Of a stretch of DNA of 64,000 bases, positions 52,871-64,000 are shown one piece after another. The stretch lies in contig NC_043021.1 of assembly GCF_006345805.1 (NCBI RefSeq), positions 1,178,001-1,242,000 of the forward strand, given 5' to 3'. A program made the translations under genes and the position numbers. This stretch comes from Octopus sinensis (Eukaryota). The notes beneath the pieces were generated by a model. It did no database searches and had not been told where the DNA came from. It worked only from the letters and a program-made list of their open reading frames with translations. Each line of letters opens with the position of its first letter. Positions within the stretch are counted from its first letter, which is position 1.

Positions 52871-54156
52871 CCTATAACTTATATACTTTTTTGACGTTTA
52901 AAGTTGTGTAAACCGAATTTTAAAGCTGTATTATTAACCTGGTGTTGGCATCTGATTAGCACCTTATTGCGCTTATTACTTAGACTTGATTTGTATCCCA
53001 GAATCTCAAGTACCTCCTTCAAAGATAAATCTCAGGCATTCACCCACTTCTATTATATGAAAATGCAGTTCGTAAAAAGGAACACAAAATGGAGTGATTC
53101 ATATTTTTGTCCAAGTCCTTTGCAATTCTAAATTTATACCAATCTCTTAGCCACTTAATTGTAGAGATATCCGTTGTTCCTTCCAGCTAAAGCTGCTTAT
53201 ATTGTTTTCCCCACCCGTTTTCCTATTCTTCGCCTTTTAAAAAATGTTCCTTTCCTCTTTCTTACTTTCAGTCGTTCTCACCAAGTTAAACTATATTCTT
53301 GACATTTAATTTTTTAATCGTAGTCAAGAGTGGAATCAACGGTAACTACTTTCCTTCGTTTGTGCTTCCAGTTCTACTCCGAGCTTGGCGTTAAGAGGAA
53401 TAACAGATTAACTCTTCTTACACAACACAAGACGAAACTAAGGTTTTTCGAGTGGGCTCTAAACACTCGATAAGTTATGGTGCTCGCGTTTAATTTAATA
53501 TAGATTTGTAATCGAATATCTGGTTTTCTTTCAAAGTAGTCACTTTTATATAAACATGCAAAATTATATAGGTGTATAAAAGTGAAGTGAATTACTTTTA
53601 ACCTGGAATCGACACTAGATCGCAGAGTTTACTCGTTGCTAAATCAAGAGGAGCCAAGATATTCCTAAAACGTAATATTAGAATAGAACGTGCTTTAGCA
53701 TGACTTAGACAAGAAATAACTGAAAGCTGAGAATTCAGCATCACACCATTGTTATGGAAATACACAGGAATTCGTATTCTGAACTGTTCTGCTATTTGAC
53801 ATTTGATATTCAAGGTTATTGTTTTCCGACATTTGAAGAAAGATATGCTTCTACCAACTCGCTCCCTTCCACTTCATCCAATGACCATGCCGTTTTCACG
53901 TGCATTGAACTGTTGCACTGACCACCATTCCTCTGAAATAGCATGTTTTAAAAAAAATTCATACTCACTCACCTGTACATATTCCCATATCTCATATTTC
54001 AGAAAAATCACTAACAAGATGCATGCACACACATCGTACATATTTTCTCTTTCAAAAACCTCTAACACTTGTATATGTTTAACCCACTAACCCAGCTATC
54101 AAGCAAGTGACCGACTAACCAGCCGGCTTACATCCCTGTAGAACTTCCATTTGTAG

Positions 54157-54194
<38 letters not shown>

Positions 54195-54199
54195 ATATA

Positions 54200-54450
54200 T
54201 ATATAAATTAGAGATAAAACCACTATTATGCAACTCAAACAGTGATAGACACAAACCAATACATAAATAACTAATATATATATATATATATAACTTATAA
54301 CTAGTTCCCAAAAAGTATAAAATGAATGATAAATATATAATATATATATCAAAAATTTATATATATATATATATATTTGTTATTTATGTATTGGTTTATG
54401 TCTATCACTGTTGGAGTTGCATAATAGTGGTTTTATCTCTAATTTATATT
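54200..54450. repeat. Inverted repeat with ~80-bp arms between (TA)n tracts
   Basis: TAAATTAGAGATAAAACCACTATTATGCAACTC...AATAAC and its reverse complement at about 54378-54447. Confidence 0.85.
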
Positions 54451-54549
54451 TTATATTTATATTTTATATTTATATTCTATATTTATACTGTGAAATTTGA
54501 TTTAATACTAAATTGAATTTTTACCCTGTAAGTTTGGAGTTATACTCCC

Positions 54550-54592
<43 letters not shown>

Positions 54593-54879
54593 TATGTATA
54601 CGTTTGTCCCCACCCACCACCCCTTGACAACCGATTATATACATATATATGTTATCAATATTACTTCCCTTTGATAAAAAAGATTTTTTTTCTTTTTCTT
54701 TTCGTCTTGTTAATATATTTTAATTTATGTTATATATATTTTATCATTTTTTAAAAGCTTCTTATGGCCATTTAGCAATAAAGGCAATCGTAGCAATTCC
54801 TCATTCTCTAAATGAAGTAGGCAAATAACATGACTGCCCCAAATCAAGATCTTTAGCGAGATACCACTTTATGTATGAA

Positions 54880-54984
54880 TGTACCTGATGTGACCCAGAC
54901 TGCGAGATTGATCCAACACAGTATGAGGCACAGCATCCACCTATAAAGGACAGATGCGGGATGGGTCGAAACGATCGTCATACA
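54880..54984 (+). ncRNA. Degenerate hammerhead ribozyme motif
   Basis: TGTAC-CTGATGT-GACCCA...TGGGTC-GAAA-CGATCG-TC-ATACA; one core and one stem I mismatch. Confidence 0.5.
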
Positions 54985-55029
54985 AAATAAAATGTTACAC
55001 CAGTTCCATCTTCTGTTTACTTAATCGAT

Positions 55030-55073
<44 letters not shown>

Positions 55074-55741
55074 TATACATTGAGGTATCTATATATCGTG
55101 CATTTGGCAAATTTGTTTACATATATGCGTGTGTACATACACACACACACACTCACACACACATACACACGTGTACATTATATACGGGTGTATGCATGTC
55201 ATCTACACCACCGACACCATCACCTCCATCACCGTCTCCCCGTTATCCCTATACATCATCAAATTCACTACGATCTTCAACACCACCACTACCACCACCT
55301 CCATCATCGCCATTACCACACCTATCGCAATCTACAACATCAGTGGCTCTCAACGATTTTTTTTTACCTATGGCCCCCTCTGATTCCTATTTTACTCAAC
55401 TGGACCCTCATAGCAATTCAATGCTTTAAAAATATCTAAATTGCATTTTTAGGAATTATTAGGAATTGTAAATAAAAATTGTTAAAATATTTTGTGCATT
55501 GTGTAATTTGTTGCAGACCAACTTTAACAGGAAAATGTTAGAAAGATCCGCAAGGGTCAAATGGACCCTGTTTGCGAAGCCCTTGAGAACTACATGAGTA
55601 GATACATGTGCAGGGGATGCATTAGCAATCGTTTGTCTTGGTAGTTAGGTGGTTACATAGGTGTTTGACTGATATGCAGACAGGCAGAAGGAGAGAGAGA
55701 GAGAAAGATAGATAGGTAGATAGACAGATAGACAGACAGAC

Positions 55742-55817
<76 letters not shown>

Positions 55818-55849
55818 TGACAGACAGACAGACAGACAGACAGATAGAC

Positions 55850-55887
<38 letters not shown>

Positions 55888-55891
<4 letters not shown>

Positions 55892-56770
55892 GTTTCTTTA
55901 TTGGCCACACAGGGCTGCACACAGATGGGACAAGTTACAAGGTAGAGCTTTTCTTTTGGGGGATGAAAAAAAAAGGGTAGGCGTAGGTTTTCGATCAAGA
56001 GGGATCGTAAAAGGGAAGAAAAGAACAAAAACATTTTTAAAAAAGAAAAAAAAGAAGAAAAGGAAAAGGAACAAAAGAAAAGAGAAATGAAAAAAGAAAA
56101 AAGGGGAAGAGGAAGGAGAAAAAAAACGATCAATAGGGATCGTGTATCACAGTGTTATGATATATGGTGTAAAGGGGAAAGCAAGTAAGGTTTATCCGTG
56201 GGAAGAAAAGCCTACGAAAAAGACCACGGCAGTCTTGGTCAATATTGTTATATGTTACCACATTTGTTTGCAAGTGGGTAACCCTCTGTTTTCAATTTCT
56301 GGGTTCATAGGATTATGCTCAAGGTGGCTTCGTCATTCATACGTTCCATCCTTGCTACATTCACCCATCTTTTTTTAAAACATTCGCTAGACAAAACTTG
56401 CCTCTCTACTCTCACTTTCCTTTTCAAATGGTACTTGAAGAAGTTGATGAGAGATTGACCAGAGAGGAAAGTGTTTGTCTCCAATCCTTTCAGACGCGTC
56501 CACCAGATACATTCTTTCGCCATAGCCACAAGGATGATGAAAATAGCTCTTCCTTCCCGTTTGAAGGAAGGAGGCGTGACAATATTGACGATAGACTCAG
56601 CTGATAAACCGACTCGTCCCACACGTGACAGCAGTTGTTCGACATAAGCCCACAGGTCGGAAATTGTTGGACACTGCACGAGTGCGTGCAGAACGGTTTC
56701 GTCGCTCTGACCGCATCTCGGGCAGGTCGGCCCCGTGTTTCTCGAGCCGAGTCTGTAGAGCTTATCCCGA
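55888..56770 (-). mobile_element. 3' fragment of a second Tx1-like LINE subfamily between (GATA)n tracts
   Basis: TCPRCGQSDETVLHALVQCP...VAMAKECIWWTRLKG...YHLKRK is homologous to ORF 34158-35189; AATAAA then (TATC)n. Confidence 0.9.
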
Positions 56771-56815
56771 TAGATAGATAGATAGATAGATAGATAGAAG
56801 ATAGATAGATAGATA

Positions 56816-56848
<33 letters not shown>

Positions 56849-56853
56849 TAGAC

Positions 56854-56905
<52 letters not shown>

Positions 56906-56907
<2 letters not shown>

Positions 56908-57070
56908 GTTTCTTTATTGGCCACACAGGGCTGCACACAGATGGGACAAGTTACAAGGTAGAGCTTTTCTTTTGGGGGATGAAAAAAAAAAGGGTAGGCG
57001 TAGGTTTTCGATCAAGAGGGATCGTAAAAGGGAAGAAAAGAACAAAAAAATTTTTAAAAAAGAAAAAAAC
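56906..57070 (-). mobile_element. Second copy of the same Tx1-like 3' UTR end
   Basis: Near-identical to 55888-56050. Confidence 0.88.
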
Positions 57071-57227
57071 TGTAAGAGTAAGTGATTTGCATAATTTTTG
57101 TTAGATTACTTTATGTGCAAACGAAAATTCGCAACAGGCTGCCTTTGCTTTTCTCCGGGATAAAATTATTCTAATTATTTCAGCGACTAAGATTATGCTT
57201 AACAGAGACACACAGTTTACTGGGGAT

Positions 57228-57440
57228 GGCAACGAGCTGGCAGAATGGTTAGGACGCTGGACCAAATACTTAGCGGCATCCCGTTTTTAGGTTCTGATTT
57301 CAAATTCTACCGAGGTCTACTTTGCCCTTCATCCTTTCGAGGTCGATAAAATAAATACCAGTTAAACGTTTGGATCGATGTAATCGACTTACTTCCTCCC
57401 GCGAAATTGGTTTCATTGTGCCAGAATATGAAACCACTAT
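57228..57440 (+). mobile_element. Family B SINE, diverged
   Basis: GAGCTGGCAGAATGGTTAG head, TTCAAATTC B box, TTTGCCCTTCATCCTTTCGAGGTCGATAAAAT core. Confidence 0.75.
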
Positions 57441-59265
57441 TAAAAAACTAGGCATTTGCACTTAGGAATAACAGTTTGTCATCGACATTGGGCTTATATG
57501 TTAAAATAAGAACCTGCTGGCTAAACTTTTAGTTTGTTTAAAACATTTTAATCAATTGTTTTACCCATGAAATCTCAGAGAGCAGGTTACTTTTAAAGGG
57601 TATGACATAGTAATCAATAGTGTGATGTCGTATTTTAGAGATAAACACTGAATCCAGACCTGACCTAGGCGAAAAACAGAAAAAAATATCTTGAAATAAA
57701 GAAAATCTCCGAAATCTATGGAGCAACTAACTTAGCTATCTAAGTTTCAACAATGTCGTTTTTACTTGGGTCCTTCTAATTTTATTTATGACTTATGACT
57801 TAATGAGAACTTCCGAGACAGGGGAGGAGTTATTTTCAGTTTAGAGACCTGGTTGGGTGACTTGTGAAAGAGCTGATACCGTTAAAGGACTCCAAAGACC
57901 AAAAGGGATATTAATTTAGGTGATGGGTTTAGTCTATCGACCAAAAGCTAGGAGGGTGCCTCTGGCAAGCTACCACACAGTTTCTGTCTACCAATTTTCA
58001 CCCTAATTAATTTGGAGGATCAGAGACTCTGGAAGAAGACATATGTCCAAGGTGCCACACTATAGAATTGAACTCCACGTTCACAACTTGTGGACGGACT
58101 GTAATTCTTAAGCGTCAGACCATGAAAGTGTTATGCGGGCCAGAGGTATTGAAAACCCAATTGTTTGGGTGTGTCATATAAACAAGCACATTATTTAAGT
58201 TGCAGTCAGTTCACATTGTAAAGAGTGTTCAATAGAGCCGTGTATTTTCTTAAACAGACACAATAGAATTTACGCCAAAAGCCATTTCTAAAACGGAAAA
58301 AGTTGAATGAATTTGTAAATACTTTAAACAGAAAACACACACACACACACACCTCTTTATATTTAAATATGTGAATATGTATGAGTGAATGTGTGCATAT
58401 GTGTAACAATTCTAAAACCGGTTTGTTTGTGATGCGATTCTCAACTATATTAAAAGATGAGTCACAAAGAAAAATAATATAAATGAAGTTTCAAAAATAT
58501 ATCTTCAAAAGAAACGAGATTATTGTTCATTATTTTTCCGTTTGGTTTATTTAGAAATGTGAGCCAGTTTGAACCAGCTCTCCTGCAAGTATAAATGTGG
58601 ATGTAAAGCTTACTGTATGCCTCCTTGTATTGTGCTCTCTTGCAAAAGTATGTATGTAGCTTTTGTTGTGTGTTAACTTGGATTGTTCAATACATAAAAC
58701 TTACCCCCATCCCTTAAGCAAAAGTTTCCGTATCAAATAACTGAAAGTTGATAGGATGTCAGAAGGAGAATTAAACCGATAATGAGAAGGGTCGACTTTC
58801 TGTTTACTGTTGCTGTGTTTATGACAAAAGATATGAAACTCCTCGGGTCCGGTCTTATCAACTGGAAGTTGCTACGATGGAAAAGTAGGGCTCAGAATGT
58901 CCATTAGTTTGGCGGGGGAAAATAAAGAGTTTAGAAACTGAATTATTCAGTGACGCCATCTGCATGAAAAGAAAAAAAAAAAGTTAGGGTTAGCTTATTT
59001 TAATTCACGGAACATTAAAAACCCAATTAGAGATAGTTGCGGTTAGGTTAATGTTAAAATAATTAATGTGGTGAGGAGAACAATCTAATTTTAAAAGAAT
59101 AATAATAATAAAAGCCAGAAAAATACATCTAACGATCCACAGAGGATGCTCGGAGCTGATGATGATGTCTTTACACTTTTTACTGCGGTAAATCGTGGTA
59201 AGATTACCTTCCGAAGATGAAATATGTCACAAATATATTTGAACTAACCTAAAGTTGTCAACAAA

Positions 59266-59334
59266 CAGCCACGGGATTCGAACCCGCATCTCACAAAGAC
59301 CGGCCGAGTACGTTACCATTAAGCTAAACTGCCC
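59266..59334 (-). mobile_element. tRNA-derived SINE head / tRNA pseudogene
   Basis: Minus strand GGGCAGTTTAGCTTAATGGTAA...GGGTTCGAATCCC; anticodon arm not canonical. Confidence 0.55.
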
Positions 59335-59336
59335 AG

Positions 59337-59373
<37 letters not shown>

Positions 59374-59493
59374 ATTGATACATATGAACACACACACACG
59401 CACACGCACACACACATATATATATGTATATACGTTTATACACCCACACATTTCTCTCTCTCTCTTTATGTGCATACACACGCACATACATCT

Positions 59494-59539
<46 letters not shown>

Positions 59540-59703
59540 GTACACATACACATAAAACTGGTTTCTGAAGTTTCCGTCTACCAAAATCACTCAATCAAAA
59601 CCACGCATTGGTCGGCCTGGGGCCAAAGTCATCGACACTTGCCCAAGCGAACTCGAAGCCATTTAGTTGAGAAACTAACTTTTTAACCACAAAATCATAT
59701 CTG

Positions 59704-59734
<31 letters not shown>

Positions 59735-60189
59735 TGTGTGTGTTTAAGCAAAAACATATATGTACTGAACGCAACACATTTCAATCGGGTCATATCTAAC
59801 TCTTTCACTCACAAAACGCTCGCTAATAAGTTTGGGCATTTACGACTTCGGCATTAATCAACATAAAGAAAATGTGGAATAAATTGAAATAGTTCTGAAA
59901 ATCTTCTAGAATATATAAAACAGATAATTCCTATTTAAGGGTTACGGAAAGCACCGGTTCTGTCTATCTTCTTGCTACACCATTGAATAAACGGGAAACT
60001 TGTAATAAGCGGGTATTACCTGACAGTGCCAACGCAGCTTCTATTGGCTCCTGTTTTGAGCAAAAGGATGTTGAAAGACAAACAAAAGATCGCTATGAAA
60101 CTGTCAATTACCATAATAATTCTTGTGAAATCTGAATTTTGTTTGTAACTTAACACCTCTGCCTTGCGCATTCTCCCTCTCTCTGTATG

Positions 60190-60770
60190 TTATTTAATTT
60201 TAGATTCCTTGCAGTTTGGGAAAGAGTTGGTTTCTAATCTAGATCCAAGAGTTCTTCCTTGAAATCTCAACATCAACAGGGTATTTGTGCATGTTTGAGC
60301 TGTTTATGTACTTGTGTGCAATATTTGGAGTGAGAGCATGTGCAGATACGTATTTTTTTTTGTATATATACACACGCATATCTGTCTCTAGACATGTAAA
60401 TATATACTTAAATGCCAAACTTTTGGAAATTTTGAGATTTCCATTGATGGATAGTATCTGTTTTCTCCTTTATAGTTTTGACAAGCCTAATTTCTTAAAG
60501 TTTGATGCTGAGACAGTTTGTTACATATACTAGTGCTCCAGTATGTATGTATGTATGTGCAGATTCGTATGTTTTATGTATGTATTTTCATGCATATAGT
60601 TGCATACCTAGACATGCTCATATATATTTAAATGATAAACTTCAGGACAGTTTTACAGATTTTTACAGTTCCAGTGATGGATTGGATCTGTAGTCTTCGA
60701 ATTAGCTCACTCCTTTCTGGTTTTGAGAAGCCTAATTTCTCAAAATTGTTATTTAGGTAGTGTGTTACAT
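60190..60770 (-). mobile_element. Two adjacent 3' fragments of the (CATA)n-associated R4/Dong-like family
   Basis: 60540-60770 matches 41276-41490 (EKLGFSK..LIRRLQIQSITGTVKICKT); 60190-60530 is a diverged relative that includes the terminal piece. Confidence 0.8.
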
Positions 60771-61957
60771 GTATGTATGTATGTATGTATGTATGTATGT
60801 ATGTATGTATGTATGTATGTATGTATGTATGTATGTATGCATGCATGCATGTATGTATGTATATATGTATGCATGCATGTATGTCAAGATAAACAGCAGA
60901 GAACCTTGCAGGTGGGGCACAGTTAGAATTTTCTTCAGGCCCTCTTAACATATGGCTATGATGCTCCCCACTACCTCTGCTTGTGATCAGAGATGCTCAT
61001 GTTGTCAGCCACCATGGGACATGCGCAACTGGCTAAGTTCAAGCGTCTGACAAGCAAATCTCTTTCATATCCTGGAAAATATGTAAATCCCCCCCCCCCA
61101 AAGAACAACAAACACAAAAAAAGCAACAACGCGAGGACGTGGTACATGTAATGTATTAGCAGACGCTCAGGAAAGGAAAGGTGGTTTAACATTTCGAGCT
61201 GACGCTCTTCTTCGGAAACAGAGGAAAGTCCAAAAGAAGGGAAGACGGAGAATGAAAATCGCCAACGATTCACATGTGGTTGCATTTTGAAATGACCGGA
61301 AGGGAATGGGTCAAGAAAAAGTTCTTTCTAAGACAGGAGAGTGTAAGAGAAGGAGGTATGTGAGTGTATATGTGGGTATGTGCGTGCGCGCAGGTGTATG
61401 TGTGTGTGTAATAATAGCACGTGTGTGCGCGTATGTGTGTGTGTATGTGTTGTGTGTGTGTGTGTGTGTGTGTGGTTTTGGCTGTTCATATGTGTAAGTT
61501 TGAATGAACTTTGTGTCGCTTAATGTCGTAGGAAGAATTCATAGTAGGAGTGGCTGTCTTTTGTGTAGTGTGTCCCTTCTTCTGGCCTGATAAGAATGAA
61601 GGAGGGAAGCAACTGTCAATATTTACAAACTGTACAATTACGAAAACTCTAAATCACGGCACAACCTATAAAAAGAAAAGAAAAATTCAAATATCAGTAT
61701 GTCTATTATTTTTGTTCTATCAGCAATTAAAACAGAACAAGGTGAATTGGTTCTTTTCAAGGTCACCGCTCTCATTGATTGATGTCCTCGTAAACACATA
61801 TTTGACCTCTGCTGACCGTAAGGGTGTGACCCCCCCCCCTTTTGCTTTTTGATCGCACAGGAATGCGAAGCCTCATTGTTGTCACCATCTGCTGAAGTTA
61901 TTTACAGACTGGTGGTATTTAGCTGTGTGTCCACTATCATTATTATTAATATTATTA

Positions 61958-62000
<43 letters not shown>

Positions 62001-62004
62001 TCCT

Positions 62005-62262
62005 TACTCTTTTTACTCTTTTACTTGTTTCAGTCATTTGACTGCGGCCATGCTGGAGCACCGCCTTTAGTCGAGCAAATCGACCCCGGGACTTATTCTT
62101 TGTAAGCCCAGTACTTATTCTATCGGTCTCTTTTGCCGAACCGCTAAGTTACGGGGACGTAAACACACCAGCATCGGTTGTCAAGCAATGCTAGGGGGAC
62201 AAACACAGACACACAAACATATACACACACACTTATATATATATATACATATATACGACAGG
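62005..62262 (-). mobile_element. Family A SINE 3' half
   Basis: TACTCTTTTACTTGTTTCAGTCATTTGACTGCGGCCATGCTGGAGCACCGCC...GAACCGCTAAGTTACGGGGACG. Confidence 0.8.
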
Positions 62263-62458
62263 CTCAAAACAAGGTCAAACAACTGACACGCAAATCTGTG
62301 GTATTGAGCAGAATATTTGCTGTAGCCCATCTTTTTATACCAAGACAAAACAATGTACAGGATAACACTTCCAATCAGTTAAGATCAAAAGCCACGAGAA
62401 CCACTGCCTGGTACTGCATCAGGGCATTTACTGCATCAGGACATTTACTGGGCATTTA

Positions 62459-62499
<41 letters not shown>

Positions 62500-62500
<1 letters not shown>

Positions 62501-63497
62501 TTTTTTTTTTCTTCTTTCAAATTTGCTTCCATTTCTTGCCGAGTGTCTTCCCGACTCCTAGGGCAAAGAAACTCATAGTATACATTGGTAGGCCATTAAA
62601 CCAAACTCAATAGTTCGTTCATTTTTTTTTTTTTTTTTTTTAAGTTAAATTAAAATACATGAGCAGCAACAGTTCTCACATCGACAATGCTCTTCTCAAT
62701 ACGTGTGATGTACCAGTTAAGACAATCTTTTGCACTTCTTGCAGGGATGGTAAGCCAGGGATCATTCTCATATAATTTTCGGTTCCCTTCTTGATCATTC
62801 CTAGTGCTCCTACGATCACTGGTATTGTAACCGCCTTGAGATGCCACATTTTCTCAATTTCAATGAGTAGGTCTTTATATTTTCTGAGCTTGTCAAACTC
62901 TTTCGCTGAGATATTATGATCACAGGGGATGCTCATGTCGATCAATAAGCAAACTTTATTGTTTTGGTCTTTCACAACAATATCTGGTTTATTGGCCTTG
63001 ATGGTTCGGTCTGTATGTACTGGAAAGTTCCACAGAATGGTTACATTTTCTCCTTCAGTTACAGCCTCAGGGTGGTGATTATACCACTTGTCAGCAGTTT
63101 TGATATTGTAATGCCGACTTATTAGCCAGTGTAGATATTGGCCAACCCTGTCATGTCTTAATTTATACTCCACTGGAGCTAAGACTTTACATCCAGAGAT
63201 TAGGTGGTCCACTGTTTCAATCATGTCGTTGCAGAATCGGCATTTTGGGTCTGCTCCATTTTTCATCACATTGGCCTGGTAGTTCCGGGTTAATAGGCTT
63301 TGATCTTGAGCAGCCAGGATGAAACCTTCGCTCTCTGCTTTTAGCCCTGAGCTCCGTAGCCACTGATGGGTTTGCTTCTGGTCAACATCAGCTTGTTTGC
63401 TGCGGGTCACATATTTGCCGTGCAGAGGTTTCTCCTCCCACCTATCAGCCAATTGCTCGTGCGCTTTTTTCGTTGCCATTATTTTCACCTTCTTTGC
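62500..63497 (-). mobile_element. 5'-truncated Dong/R4-like element with open CCHC + RLE coding segment (62676-63488), in (TAA)n
   Basis: KPLHG, SEGFILAAQDQ, CRFCNDMIETVDHLISGC, RHD, ANKPDIVV..LIDMSIP..KEFDK..KY; (TAA)n on both sides. Confidence 0.93.
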
Positions 63498-63586
63498 AAC
63501 AATAATTATTATTATTATTATTATTATTATTATTTATTATTATTATTATTTTATTATTATTATTGTTATTATTATTATTATTATTA

Positions 63587-63631
<45 letters not shown>

Positions 63632-63635
<4 letters not shown>

Positions 63636-64000
63636 TAGTTTTATTTTTATAGCGTGCTTTCACTTCACTACCGAGCGCAGCACTGTGTGCCTTGGGTATG
63701 TGCTGTGATTTGTTGTGATGCTCTGATGGTTATTGTATGGAAAGTGTTCTGCGTAGGATGTGTGTAGTGCCTAGTAGTGCAATTTTCTGTATGTTATATG
63801 TGTTTGTAAGTCCTGGTGTTTTTGTTATGTATTTATCTGAATATTTTTTTATCATGCCTAATGCACCTACTATGATAGGAATTGTTTCTGTTTTCAGATT
63901 CCACATTCTAGTTACCTCTTTTTCCAGGTCTTTGTATTTTGAGAGTTTCTCCATTTCTTTTAGAGACACGTTGTCATCTGCCGGTATTGATACATCAATT
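63632..64000 (-). mobile_element. 3' end of another Dong/R4-like subfamily (runs off window)
   Basis: IDVSIPADDNVSLKEMEKLSKYKDLE..MWNLK..IPIIVGALG; (TAA)n immediately 3'. Confidence 0.88.

Noticed and set aside
59266-59334. Functional tRNA gene (also 12309-12378 and 52431-52505)
   Set aside because: A and B boxes are present, but the acceptor and anticodon stems are not canonical; better read as SINE heads.

Overview
AT-rich, microsatellite- and retroelement-dense animal genomic DNA with spliceosomal introns. The SINE/microsatellite landscape looks like a coleoid cephalopod (Octopus-like); this is an inference, not verified. Only one host gene could be reconstructed: a 4-exon, TATA-driven, secreted transferrin-family gene (+, CDS 10773-18800, 314 aa) encoding a single lobe with all four iron ligands. 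The rest comprises a 5.2-kb 54-bp minisatellite, a 1.3-kb tandem duplication upstream of the gene, and fragments of RTE, Tx1/L1, R4/Dong-like (RLE), Penelope, mariner and Tigger elements, tRNA-derived SINEs and several minimal hammerhead-ribozyme motifs. The most notable patterns are: (1) the monolobal transferrin; (2) a Tx1-like LINE and SINEs sharing its 3' tail that repeatedly inserted at the same nucleotide of a SINE tRNA head (37-bp duplication, head-to-tail SINE array); (3) non-LTR families apparently partitioned among (CATA)n, (TAA)n and (GATA)n microsatellites; (4) dispersed minimal hammerheads, one in a small element with a tRNA-like head. Most ORFs in the supplied track are microsatellite artefacts. 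Repeat boundaries were read by eye and are approximate unless exact junctions are quoted.
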